DNA of 32,000 nucleotides from Trichodesmium erythraeum IMS101 (GTDB lineage: Bacteria > Cyanobacteriota > Cyanobacteriia > Cyanobacteriales > Microcoleaceae): contig NC_008312.1 in the NCBI RefSeq assembly GCF_000014265.1, forward strand, positions 7,320,001 to 7,352,000, read 5' to 3'. Positions 1-9,872 of the stretch are shown here, piece by piece. Both the position numbers and the translations under genes were made by a program. The notes beneath the pieces were generated by a model. It had not been told where the DNA came from. It saw nothing but the letters and a program-made list of their open reading frames with translations, and searched no databases. Position 1 is the stretch's first letter, and every line of letters starts with the position of its first letter.

Positions 1-278
1 TGTTTATTTCTGATTACAATACTACCCTGTCGCTTTTCAAGATACCAGAGGGCACGATCGTAATAATTGGCATCAGCTCCTACAATATCAGGACTTTTTA
101 GCCAGCCTCCCTCATCACCAGGCTTGCCAATTGGAACTCCAGGAGAGAACAGAAGCCTGTGGGTCTCATCATTTTTAATTGTGACTTGCTTGTTGACTAT
201 GTCATTTATATCATCAAAACATGCAAGAGCATGAGGTTGACTAATGTTCAAGCAGGTAAATGCCATTATTACTGACAT
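1..278 (-). CDS. hypothetical exported protein, N-terminal fragment (gene continues beyond window start)
   Basis: A reverse-strand ATG at 278-276 opens a frame that stays open to position 1: MSVIMAFTCLNISQPHALACFDDINDIVNKQVTIKNDETHRLLFSPGVPIGKPGDEGGWLKSPDIVGADANYYDRALWYLEKRQGSIVIRNK... The hydrophobic N-terminus ending ALA-C looks like a signal or lipoprotein-type peptide. It is absent from the supplied ORF track, presumably because it is truncated. No family recognised. Confidence 0.4.
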   Translation of the reverse strand, partial: MSVIMAFTCLNISQPHALACFDDINDIVNKQVTIKNDETHRLLFSPGVPIGKPGDEGGWLKSPDIVGADANYYDRALWYLEKRQGSIVIRNK

Positions 279-395
279 TAGCCATGTTAATGTTCCCTTT
301 ATACTTTCCTAATTATCCTAATCAAATATGTACTAAACTCACACTTTATAGCAAAGATATACTACGATAGTATTTTTAACCAAGGTTGAGGAATT

Positions 396-558
396 TAGGG
401 TTTAGCCGTAGGTTTTAACTTTTTTGTTTTTGTGAATAACCCATATAAAAGCTATTTGTCAAGACTCAAAAAAAAAATAGGGTTTAGCCGTAGGTTTTAA
501 CTTTTTTGTTTTTGTGAATAACCCATATAAAAGCTATTTGTCAAGACTCAAAAAAAAA
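396..558. repeat. head-to-tail tandem duplication, 2 x ~82 bp
   Basis: The unit TAGGGTTTAGCCGTAGGTTTTAACTTTTTTGTTTTTGTGAATAACCCATATAAAAGCTATTTGTCAAGACTC plus an A-run occurs at 396-477 and again at 478-558. The copies differ only in A-run length (10 vs 9). It lies between the stop of the 747-2795 gene and the start of the 1-278 gene, both on the minus strand. Confidence 0.9.
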
Positions 559-746
559 TTTTTTTAATCTGCTAATCTAGTAACAGGGAAGATTTTTTGT
601 TCTATTTTACTATAACGACATCTCAAATTTACTAATTTTTAGCTGAGGAAAATAACCTCAAAAAAAGAAAATTAAAACAAGTACAAATATTCAATAAATT
701 CTATAATTTTACTGGGGAAATTGGTATCTGAATCTAATACCTTCTT

Positions 747-2795
747 TTACCAACCAAATTTTATACCCAGATATTCCTCTAAACGCTGATTATGAGACTG
801 AAAATAATCGTTTAATTTTTGTCGAAGTGATTTACTAATAGACGCATAAGAAGCAGCATTAAATTTTGGATAATCTTGTATTTGATAATCTGGCAAATCT
901 AGAAAATTGAAAACTTGCTTCATTATGGTTTTTGGCTGACTATAAAATTTTTCACTAGGCAAAATTAATAATTGTTCTCTGGGAAAAATATTCAACCATT
1001 TCTTCAGCCAATCTAAATAAATACTAGAAGCTATATAATCTCCCTGATAATTCCAATAATCTTTTTCTGTGATAAAACTAGATGAAATTTTGTTCAGTTT
1101 TTCCAGCCTAGAATTAATTACCTCTTCAATAGACATGCTCTCTGCTTGTGAACGTACTTCATGATAGTAATTAGATATAGTTCTATCCACTGGATTTCTT
1201 AATAAAACAATTAGTTTAATTCTGGGGAAAAAATGAAATAGTCTAGCGGGAACATCTGGAGCATCAAAATAACTAGGACTTGCTTCTCCAGTTAAGTATT
1301 TTTCTGACTCTGGAATTGATGGAAAATGTGCCCGATACCAATCTAAACCTCGATGGAAATAGAAAGACCAAAAATCAATTTCTTTTTTGATTCCAGGTAA
1401 AATTTGTGGATGTTGAATTAGATAATGATAAATAGATGTAGTTCCTCCTTTCTTAACTCCAATTACTAGAAAATTAGGTCCTAATATTTGAGGGGACTTT
1501 TGGGATTTTAGAAAAAAGTTAGGATAGTTTTGTTGAATTTGTTGTTGAGAAGCATTTTGATAAATTTCTAGTGCTTCAGTATTTCTATTTACTTGAGTTA
1601 GAGCTTCAGCTAAATTGAGATAACGACAGAGTGAGTTATTTGGAAAACTAATAAATTCTTGAAACAAATCAACTATTTTTTGGAGTTTATCTTGCTTTCT
1701 AAAAGTTTCCCACAGACGAATATCAGACCACCAAGCAAAATCAGGATTAATTTCTATAGCACGATGGTAGATTATGGTAGCTTCTAACCATTTTTGTTGT
1801 TTAGTTAATGCTAATCCTAGGTGATAGTAAGATTGACTATTTCCGTCAGTTTTAACGGCAGAATAAAATGAATTTAGCTGTTGTTCTAGTTGATTTTTTT
1901 GCCGGAATATCTGGTCAAGTTGCTGATGAATATTTATTTGAATGGGTAATATTTCTAGCAACAAGTAATAAATAATTATGGCTCCATAAATTTGATTTTT
2001 TTGTGCTAGATAATTTCCTAATTCTAGATATATTTCTGGATTTGTTTTGATTAAATATAGTGATTTTTGATAAATCGGATATTGATTGGGATTTTTAATG
2101 GCTTGGCAATAGTAATTGATAGTTTCGTCTAAATTTGATTGACAAAGTTGAGCAAAAGCATCTCCTAACTGTAGGTGCATCCAAGTTAGATTATGGCTAA
2201 CTTTAGCAACTTCTAAATAAGTAGCGATCGCTTCGTCTAATCTTTTTTGTCTAAGTAAAACATCTCCTAAACATTGGCGATACCAAACTACTTCTGGATT
2301 GAGTTTTATGGCCTTACGATATGCGATTTCTGCTGCTTCTAGCTGACCAATATGAAATAAAATATCTGCTAATTTTTGATGAGTTCCTTTAATTTCTGGA
2401 TTAATTTTAATGGCTTTTTGATAGGAAATAATTGCGGCGTCAAATTCTCCTATTTTAAATAAGGCTTCTCCTAATTTATGGTAAGCCCAATAATTATCAG
2501 AATTAAGTTTAATAAAATTGTGGTAAGCATTAACTGCTTCTTCCCATTTTTCCTGTTTTAGTAAAGCATTTCCTAAGTGATGATAAGACCAAGGAAAATC
2601 AGAATTTAGTTCTATAGCTTTTTGGTAATTAGTAATAGCTTCATCCCATTTTTGTAGTTGAGTTAAAGCTTGCCCTAATTTGTAGTAATGCCAAGAAAAA
2701 GTAGGGTTTAATTTTATAGCTTGGCGGTAGCTAGTAACAGCTTTCTCCCACTGTTGTTGTTCTAGAAATTTTTCTCCTAATTCATAGTAGTTCAT
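747..2795 (-). CDS. TPR-repeat protein with C-terminal PAPS-dependent sulfotransferase domain (682 aa)
   Basis: Full-length ORF. The N-terminal ~430 aa are consecutive TPR motifs (W/Y..LG.A....+W+EA...Y++AI+LNP pattern). The C-terminal ~240 aa carry the sulfotransferase 5'-phosphosulfate loop PNFLVIGVKKGGTTS and the 3'-phosphate motif LLRNPVDRTIS. The C-terminal tail RLEEYLGIKFGW is shared with the paralogs. Confidence 0.9.
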   Translation of the reverse strand: MNYYELGEKFLEQQQWEKAVTSYRQAIKLNPTFSWHYYKLGQALTQLQKWDEAITNYQKAIELNSDFPWSYHHLGNALLKQEKWEEAVNAYHNFIKLNSDNYWAYHKLGEALFKIGEFDAAIISYQKAIKINPEIKGTHQKLADILFHIGQLEAAEIAYRKAIKLNPEVVWYRQCLGDVLLRQKRLDEAIATYLEVAKVSHNLTWMHLQLGDAFAQLCQSNLDETINYYCQAIKNPNQYPIYQKSLYLIKTNPEIYLELGNYLAQKNQIYGAIIIYYLLLEILPIQINIHQQLDQIFRQKNQLEQQLNSFYSAVKTDGNSQSYYHLGLALTKQQKWLEATIIYHRAIEINPDFAWWSDIRLWETFRKQDKLQKIVDLFQEFISFPNNSLCRYLNLAEALTQVNRNTEALEIYQNASQQQIQQNYPNFFLKSQKSPQILGPNFLVIGVKKGGTTSIYHYLIQHPQILPGIKKEIDFWSFYFHRGLDWYRAHFPSIPESEKYLTGEASPSYFDAPDVPARLFHFFPRIKLIVLLRNPVDRTISNYYHEVRSQAESMSIEEVINSRLEKLNKISSSFITEKDYWNYQGDYIASSIYLDWLKKWLNIFPREQLLILPSEKFYSQPKTIMKQVFNFLDLPDYQIQDYPKFNAASYASISKSLRQKLNDYFQSHNQRLEEYLGIKFGW

Positions 2796-3657
2796 CTCTA
2801 GTTTCCCAATTAAATTTTATATAGAAGCATTTCAGATCTTTTAGATTTATTTTCTCTTATAATATTCCTTCTGAGTAAAATTTCTCAATAATTCGATTGT
2901 CTTTAAGTTCAGAATTTAGGTTGAATAAAAAGTCATGCTTGTATGCAAGTTATTCCTTCCAGCTTTTAGTATATCAAATTTTTTTTCAGGATGCAACTGA
3001 AAATCCTTTGAGTTTTTTTTAGGAGCTTAGTACAATGAAGTATTTGTGTTTTTCCAGTGAGAAGCTATAGATATTATTGATTCGGATCCATGAATTGAAC
3101 AAGTATATGATCTTATATATTGAAGCTTTTCTGGAAGAAAAATTTCTACTCTTTCTTCTAGGTAAAACTCCTAAATATTTGATTATCTTTGAGCCAGAAA
3201 CTTAGTTGAATTAAAACTCATGTGTATATACAAATTTCCTATTTTAGTTTTTAGTAAATCAAAATTTTTCTTTAGTTAAAATTTCTCCTAAATTTATATA
3301 AGTCAGAATAGATTGGGGATTAATTCAATTTTATAGCCATATATTTTTACAGCATAACTATCAGGCTTAACTTTAATATTTTGGCAGCAGGTAATGACAG
3401 CTTCTAACCATTTTTCTAGACCTTATAAGCCAAAAAATAGAATAGTTGAGATTTCTCGTTATGAGAAATTTCTGGATAAGGTAAACTATGATTCATGATT
3501 CAGGAATATGGCTTTTGAAAGTAGAATATTTATTCATATTAATTTTAAGTTATGGCAGGAGTAATTTCTATTCCCCTCACTCCCCCACCACTCTACTCCC
3601 ATAGTAAAAAAGTGTATAAAAGTTTTCAATAAATGTTATGATTCCTAGTAATCTACC

Positions 3658-5688
3658 TCAACTTTCCCAGTTAAATTTCATACCTAAATACTCCTCCAAC
3701 TTTTGATTATGAGGTCGAAAGAAATTGCTCAATTTTTGTTGCATTGATTTACTTGTAGAGGGATAATATCCTAAATTTAATTTATTGTATTCGGGAACAT
3801 TATAGTTTGGCAAACCGAGAAAATCAAAGACTTCTTTCATGATAGTTTTTGGATTTCGATAAAATTCTTCTGTGGATAAAATCAGAAATTGCTCTTTCGG
3901 AAATATGCTCATCCAATTGTGGATAAAATCTATATATATGCCAGTGCCTAAATAATATAATCCATGATGCCAATAACTGCTATCTAAAGGAGAATTTTTA
4001 TAAATCATTTTCCAACTTTCTAATTCCTGATTTAATGCAGTTTCTAACAAACGATTTTCTCTATTTATTCTCAACCAATAATGGTAGTGAGAAATAGCTC
4101 TATCTACAGGATTTCTCAAAATAATAATTAACTTGATTTTGGAGAAATAACTAAATATTCTACCTGGAGCTTCCAAATTTCCTAAATAACTAGGACTTCC
4201 TTCTCCAGTGATGAAATTTTGATTGCTAGGAAGAGCAGGAAAATGAGACAGATACCAATTTATACCGTTCTTAAAATTAATTGACCAAAAATCTACTTCT
4301 TTCACCACAGGAGGCAAAACTTGAGGATGTTGTATCAGATAACTAAATAAAGATGTAGTTCCTCCTTTTCCTACTCCAATAATCAGAAAATTAGGATTTT
4401 TAACTTCAGTAAAATCCCACTTTTTTTTGAAAAGATAGGGATAAGATTTTATAGTTTGTTGGTAACAAGCAGTTTGATAACAGATAATTGCTTCATTTAT
4501 TTGATTCTGTTTTGTTAGGATTTTTCCAAGGCGTAAATAAGATAAAAATGAATCTGGATTTTTTTTAATAAACTGCCGATATAAATTGACTACTGCATCT
4601 AATTTATGGCAGCGGTCTAAGGTATTCCATAAATGATAATTTGACCAGGATAATTCTGGGTTAATTTCTATAGCACGCAGATAAGCAAAAGCAGCTTCAT
4701 CCCACTTTTGTTGTTGAACAAAAGCATCTCCTAAAAATTGATAAATTTTCGAAATATTGGGTTGAATAGAAATAGCTTTTTGATAACAAGTAATTGCTGT
4801 TTCTAAATCTCCTTGTTTAACCAAAGCATTTCCTAAGTAAGTCCATAACCAAAAAGCATTAGGGTTAAGTTTAATTGCTTGGCGATAAATAATAACTGCT
4901 TCATTCCATTGATCTTTTTTGAGAAATATTTCCCATAAACATACATGAGACCAAGGAAAATCTGGATTTAACTGAATAGCTTTGAGATAATTAGGAATTG
5001 CTCCATCAATTTCACCTTTTTCGACTAAAGCATCTGCTAATAATTTATGAATTCTATCAAGGTGTGGTTGCTGTTGAAGTATTTCTTGATAATAGGCGAT
5101 CGCTTGATCTATTTTTCCCTGTTTAATTAGAGCATTACCTAGATGTTGATAAGACCAACATAAATCTGGTTTAATCTCAATAGAACGTTGATAAGCAATA
5201 ACCGCTTGATGCCATTTTTTTTGTTGAGTTAAAGCTTCTCCTAATTTATAGTAAGACCAGGGAAAATTTGGATTAAATTGAATTGCACGACAGAAGGCGC
5301 TGACTGCTTCATCCCAGCTTTTGAGTTGTATTAATACTAAGCCTAATTTATGATAAAATAATGATGCTTTTGGGTTATATTTAATACCTGTTTCATAACA
5401 GGCGATCGCTTCAGATAATTGTTCTTGTTTTACTAAGATATCTCCTAATATTTTATAAGTTTCAATTTGTTGAGGATTTAATTTTATTGCTTGGCGATAA
5501 CTGATAATTGCTGATTCTATTTTTCCCATTGCTTGTAATACTTTTCCTTGAGTATTGTAGGCGGGAGCAAAGTTAGGTAAATCCCCTAAGATGTTTTGAC
5601 AAATTTCATAAGCTGCTTCTAATTTTCCCTGGGATAAATAAAACTCTGCTGTTTGGTTAAAATTGATAGCCGATGTTTCCTGATTCAC
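3658..5688 (-). CDS. TPR-repeat protein with C-terminal PAPS-dependent sulfotransferase domain (676 aa)
   Basis: Full-length ORF with the same architecture. It has a TPR array, then PNFLIIGVGKGGTTS and ILRNPVDRAIS, and the tail KLEEYLGMKFNWES. The N-terminus (INFNQTAEFYLSQGKLEAA) parallels that of the 6380-9043 paralog. Confidence 0.9.
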   Translation of the reverse strand: MNQETSAINFNQTAEFYLSQGKLEAAYEICQNILGDLPNFAPAYNTQGKVLQAMGKIESAIISYRQAIKLNPQQIETYKILGDILVKQEQLSEAIACYETGIKYNPKASLFYHKLGLVLIQLKSWDEAVSAFCRAIQFNPNFPWSYYKLGEALTQQKKWHQAVIAYQRSIEIKPDLCWSYQHLGNALIKQGKIDQAIAYYQEILQQQPHLDRIHKLLADALVEKGEIDGAIPNYLKAIQLNPDFPWSHVCLWEIFLKKDQWNEAVIIYRQAIKLNPNAFWLWTYLGNALVKQGDLETAITCYQKAISIQPNISKIYQFLGDAFVQQQKWDEAAFAYLRAIEINPELSWSNYHLWNTLDRCHKLDAVVNLYRQFIKKNPDSFLSYLRLGKILTKQNQINEAIICYQTACYQQTIKSYPYLFKKKWDFTEVKNPNFLIIGVGKGGTTSLFSYLIQHPQVLPPVVKEVDFWSINFKNGINWYLSHFPALPSNQNFITGEGSPSYLGNLEAPGRIFSYFSKIKLIIILRNPVDRAISHYHYWLRINRENRLLETALNQELESWKMIYKNSPLDSSYWHHGLYYLGTGIYIDFIHNWMSIFPKEQFLILSTEEFYRNPKTIMKEVFDFLGLPNYNVPEYNKLNLGYYPSTSKSMQQKLSNFFRPHNQKLEEYLGMKFNWES

Positions 5689-5914
5689 TGTAAATTTTCC
5701 TAGAAAGATGATTTCAGTATTCTTTAAAATTGGAAAAAGTTTATCATATAATATTCTATAAATATTTTTCAGATTATTTACTATTAGATTAACTAGAGAT
5801 TGTGAGATATTTTTTGGAGATAATCTTTATGAATTAGAACCCATAAAATTAGCTGTATTAATTGTAGTTTAGTAAGTAAGAGAAAGTAATAAACTAGAAT
5901 TATCAAAGCAGTTA

Positions 5915-6240
5915 TTACTCCCAGTTAAACTTCATACCTAGATATTCTTCCAGTTTTTGATTATAGGGTTTAAAATAATCACTTAAAATAGAGTAAATTG
6001 ATGGAGGAATATTAGGATAATAGCCAGAATTGAACTTTTGATAATCCTTGAACTGATATTTTGGTAAATCAAGAAATGTAAAAACTTTTTTCATAGTAGT
6101 TTCTGGTTCTTGATAAAAGTCTTTGCTCTTCAAAATCAGGATGAGATTTTAAACTTTGCTGGTAACAAGTTGTCCGATAAGAAGCAATAGCTTCATCTAC
6201 TTTTCCTTGTTCAGTAAAAACTTCTCCTAAGTTGAAGTGG
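5915..6240 (-). pseudogene. internally deleted, frameshifted relic of a TPR-sulfotransferase paralog
   Basis: 5915-6133 encodes only the last ~70 aa of the sulfotransferase domain (KDFYQEPETTMKKVFTFLDLPKYQ...KLEEYLGMKFNWE), which is closest to the 3658-5688 copy. Immediately upstream, about 6134-6240 in a different frame, is the end of a TPR array: HFNLGEVFTEQGKVDEAIASYRTTCYQQSLKSHPDF. That corresponds to the TPR/sulfotransferase junction of the intact genes. The whole PAPS-binding core between these two pieces is missing. Confidence 0.7.
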
Positions 6241-6379
6241 CAGAAAGTTGAAAAGTACGATCCACCTAAATATAGTCAGGATATTAAGGCTCTCTGTCTC
6301 AAAATAAAAGAAAAAAAATCCTTTTAGCTAATCCTCTTCTTTATAATCAGAGGTAATTATTAATTATTGAACAACCTTG

Positions 6380-9043
6380 TTAATCCCAGTTAAATTTTAT
6401 GCCAAGAGACTCTTCTAATTTTTGATTATGAGGTTGAAATAACTCAGCAATTTGACAACGCAAACTAGCATCTATTGGAGCATAATAACCAGGAAAATAT
6501 TTTTTATATTCTAATAGTTGATAATTTGGTAAACCTAGAAAATCAAAAGCTTTTTTAGTTGTCCCTGCCGGATTTTCATACATATCTTCACTTTTCAATA
6601 TTAAAAGCTGTTCTTTAGGAAAAAGATTTATCCATTTTTTCAGAAAATGTATATATAAGCTTCCCCTGAAATAAGCTGACATTTCCTTAATTAGTCTTTG
6701 ATAATTTTGATAGTTGTTGTTTAGTCGTCTAAGAAATTTCATTTCTTGGGGTACAAATTCTGTAAATTTCTTTGACTCTTGTCCCAATCTTTTAGCCATA
6801 TAATAGTGAGAAATTGTTCGATCTACTGGATTTCTTAAAATCGCAATTATTTTAATTTTAGGAAAGTTATCTAATAACTTTTTTCCTATTTCATCAGAAT
6901 ACATATAGTTAGGGGTAGCTTCCCCAGTTATAAATTTTCCCTGCTCAGGTAGTTGAGGAAAATGTGCTAAATACCAATCTATTCCTTGATTAAATTTATT
7001 GTTAAAAAAATTGATTTCTTTTTGTAGAGCAGGAATTACATTGGGATGATGACATAGATAATTATAAAGTGATGATGTTCCCCCTTTAACTGTGCCAATA
7101 ATAACAAAACTTGGTTGACCAAATTCTTGAAAATCCCAATGATTTTTGACAAATTCTGGATGAGAGACTAAAAGTTTGTTATAGGTAGCTTTCTGATAAT
7201 AATTAATTGCAGTATCAAGTTCACCTTTGCCTGTAAGAATGTCTGCTAAATTTATATATACTTCTGGAAAGTTTGGCTGTAATTTAATAGCTTCTTGATA
7301 ACATTTAACTAATTCATTTAATTGATGAGGTCTAAGTTGAGCTAATTTAAAAATATAGATACCTCTTAATTGTCGATAAGCTGCAGTAGCATTTGGTTGT
7401 AATTTAATTGCTTTTATATAACAAGAGATCGCCTCCTCTGAATCACCTATTTCTAGCAAAATATCTCCTAATAAAGAGTAAAACCGATGCCAGTCTGGTT
7501 TTATTTCTATTGCTTTTCGGTAACAAGCGATCGCTTCTTGTATTTTTCCTTGTTTTCTGAGTACAATTCCTAAATATTGATAATACCAGGGAGAATTAGG
7601 ATTATTCTCAATTGCATAGCGGTAAGTTTCTACAGCTTTATCCCACTCCTGTAATTTGAGAAAAATTTCCCCTAAGTTGTAATGAGACCAATAAGAATCT
7701 GGTTTAATTTTAATTGCCTGACGGTAGGCAACTATAGCTTGATTCCATCTTTTTAACTCTACTAAAGCTACCCCTAAATTGTGGTAAGCAAAATATAAAT
7801 TAGGGTCAATTTTAATTCCCCGTTGATAAGCTGTTATAGCTTCTTCATATCTAGATAGTTTACATAGAGCTTTTCCTAAACTATAATAAAACCAGTAATT
7901 ATTGGGATTAATTTCTATAGCTTTTTGGTAGCTGTATATAGCTTCATCTATCAGACCTTTTTCTTTTAAAGCATCCCCTAATTTTTCGTAAACCCAATCC
8001 TTATCTGATTCTATTTCTAGAAAACAACGATAAGCTACAATTGCTTTATCCCATGCTTTATTTTGAGTATAAATATTTCCCATAATTTTATAAGGCCAAG
8101 ATAATTTTGGGTTGATTTTTATCACCAACTGACAACCAATAATTGCTTCATTTAATCTTTCTTGCGCTAGAAGAATTTCGTTTATTTTTCGATGAGCATC
8201 CCAAACATCTGATTGGATTGCTATAACTTTTTTATAGCAATTTTTAGCGACATCTAAGTCTTTTTTATGGTGCAGAATATCTCCTAAATTTTTGTAAGAA
8301 TAGATAAAACTAGGATTCAGTTCTATTGCTAGATTAAACTCAATGGTAGCTGTATCTAATTCTCCTATTTCTTGAAATAATTTTCCTAGTTTATAATGAA
8401 CTATCCATAAGTCTGGTTTTAGCTCAATAGCTTTTTGATAATAATTTATTGCCTCATTGAAATCTTTTGTTTTCAGTGAAATATCTCCTAAATTTTGATA
8501 AGCATCTACCAAAGATGGATTAAAATTTATGGCTTTTTGGAAATAGGCGATCGCCTCTTCTCTCTCACCATTTTCTAAGAGCTTTTTTCCCTGTTTTAAA
8601 TATTTTGAAGCTTGAGGATAATGTGCTTCTAAACTCAATGCTTGTTCCTGACAATCTCTAGCTAATTCTACTTTGTCTAGTTCCTGCCAAATTTTCCCTA
8701 AATTACGGTAAAAACCAGGAATATTTGGTTTTATCCCAATAGCTTCCCGGTAACATTCAATTGCTAAATGCCATTGTTTTTGTTGTGCATATATACTCCC
8801 CAAATTAGCATGAGCTTCCGCCAAATTTGGTTGTTGACTGATAGCTTTTATATACCATTCTTTTGCTTTATCTATCTCACCCATTCTTTGTAAAATATTT
8901 CCCAATATTTTGCAGGTAAGTGGAAAATTTTGCTCAATTTCTAATGCTTGATAGCAAGCTGTTATTGCTGCTTCCAATTTTCCTTGAGCTAAATAGATTT
9001 CTGCCTTTTGATTTAAATGAATTGCTGAGATTGTTTTCCCCAT
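6380..9043 (-). CDS. TPR-repeat protein with C-terminal PAPS-dependent sulfotransferase domain (887 aa)
   Basis: Full-length ORF. About 640 aa of TPR motifs are followed by PSFVIIGTVKGGTSS and ILRNPVDRTIS, with the tail KLEESLGIKFNWD. Confidence 0.9.
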   Translation of the reverse strand: MGKTISAIHLNQKAEIYLAQGKLEAAITACYQALEIEQNFPLTCKILGNILQRMGEIDKAKEWYIKAISQQPNLAEAHANLGSIYAQQKQWHLAIECYREAIGIKPNIPGFYRNLGKIWQELDKVELARDCQEQALSLEAHYPQASKYLKQGKKLLENGEREEAIAYFQKAINFNPSLVDAYQNLGDISLKTKDFNEAINYYQKAIELKPDLWIVHYKLGKLFQEIGELDTATIEFNLAIELNPSFIYSYKNLGDILHHKKDLDVAKNCYKKVIAIQSDVWDAHRKINEILLAQERLNEAIIGCQLVIKINPKLSWPYKIMGNIYTQNKAWDKAIVAYRCFLEIESDKDWVYEKLGDALKEKGLIDEAIYSYQKAIEINPNNYWFYYSLGKALCKLSRYEEAITAYQRGIKIDPNLYFAYHNLGVALVELKRWNQAIVAYRQAIKIKPDSYWSHYNLGEIFLKLQEWDKAVETYRYAIENNPNSPWYYQYLGIVLRKQGKIQEAIACYRKAIEIKPDWHRFYSLLGDILLEIGDSEEAISCYIKAIKLQPNATAAYRQLRGIYIFKLAQLRPHQLNELVKCYQEAIKLQPNFPEVYINLADILTGKGELDTAINYYQKATYNKLLVSHPEFVKNHWDFQEFGQPSFVIIGTVKGGTSSLYNYLCHHPNVIPALQKEINFFNNKFNQGIDWYLAHFPQLPEQGKFITGEATPNYMYSDEIGKKLLDNFPKIKIIAILRNPVDRTISHYYMAKRLGQESKKFTEFVPQEMKFLRRLNNNYQNYQRLIKEMSAYFRGSLYIHFLKKWINLFPKEQLLILKSEDMYENPAGTTKKAFDFLGLPNYQLLEYKKYFPGYYAPIDASLRCQIAELFQPHNQKLEESLGIKFNWD

Positions 9044-9872
9044 TATTTGATTGATGTTTTACCTTCTATATAAACTAATTTAGCCCATGTTAGTTTTTTG
9101 ATAATCTAGATTCCCGTAGTTTGATAAATATTCATAATCTTTAAGTTTATTATTAAGCTGATAATTAAGGTAATATAATAATAATTATAGCATAACCTTA
9201 AAAGTTAAGGAAGAAAGAAGATGATAAATTCGGAATTTAAAACTCTATTAATTTAAAGTATAGCTAATATAAAATTAAGTCTGGGCTTGGAAGAAAAACT
9301 CCTATTTTAGTATTAAAATTAGGGTTAAGGAATGACGAATAGAGAATTTTAAAATATTTGTAGTCAAATTATTTTTGCTTAATCTATTAATAAGAATTCC
9401 TCCGACAAATAAAGCAACTACTAAAACTAAAACAGGGCAAACGCATCTTATTTTAAAGTTTTTACAGGGTAACGATGTCAGACTTTTGAGCATTTATACT
9501 CATTACTTCTATAAACCTTAACGACAGAAGCTTCCATGGTTTAGATGGGTTTTCCCTGGCTACTAAAATTAGATAATGACAAAACAATCATGTCTCAAGC
9601 TTTCCATTTTAAGGGGATAAAAAAATATTTGCCCCTATGTATTTAAATCCGAATGCTTCAGGAGTCCGTAGGGATAACTTTTTCCCGAAGCGACATCAAA
9701 AGTGAGGCTCCGACTTAGGAGGTTAACTAATAACTGAAACGACCTTTTTATTCATAACTTTTAATTTTCTTTGGAAACTAATTCCTACGGTAAAAAAATT
9801 AGTTAATAATTAATTGCTGATAGCTAATAGCTAAATGCTTAGAAATACATAACCATAATCTCACAAACTTTT

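Noticed and set aside
747-9043. Regular ~100-nt periodicity of similar sequence blocks, checked as a possible CRISPR or other repeat array
   Set aside because: The periodicity is that of 34-aa TPR motifs inside long intact ORFs. There are no identical direct repeats with unique spacers.
9302-9493. 63-aa minus-strand ORF with one hydrophobic stretch (VCPVLVLVVALFVGGILI) in the divergent spacer
   Set aside because: It has no recognisable ribosome-binding site or family motif. Its composition is indistinguishable from the surrounding AT-rich spacer. A small membrane protein cannot be excluded, but I cannot support it.
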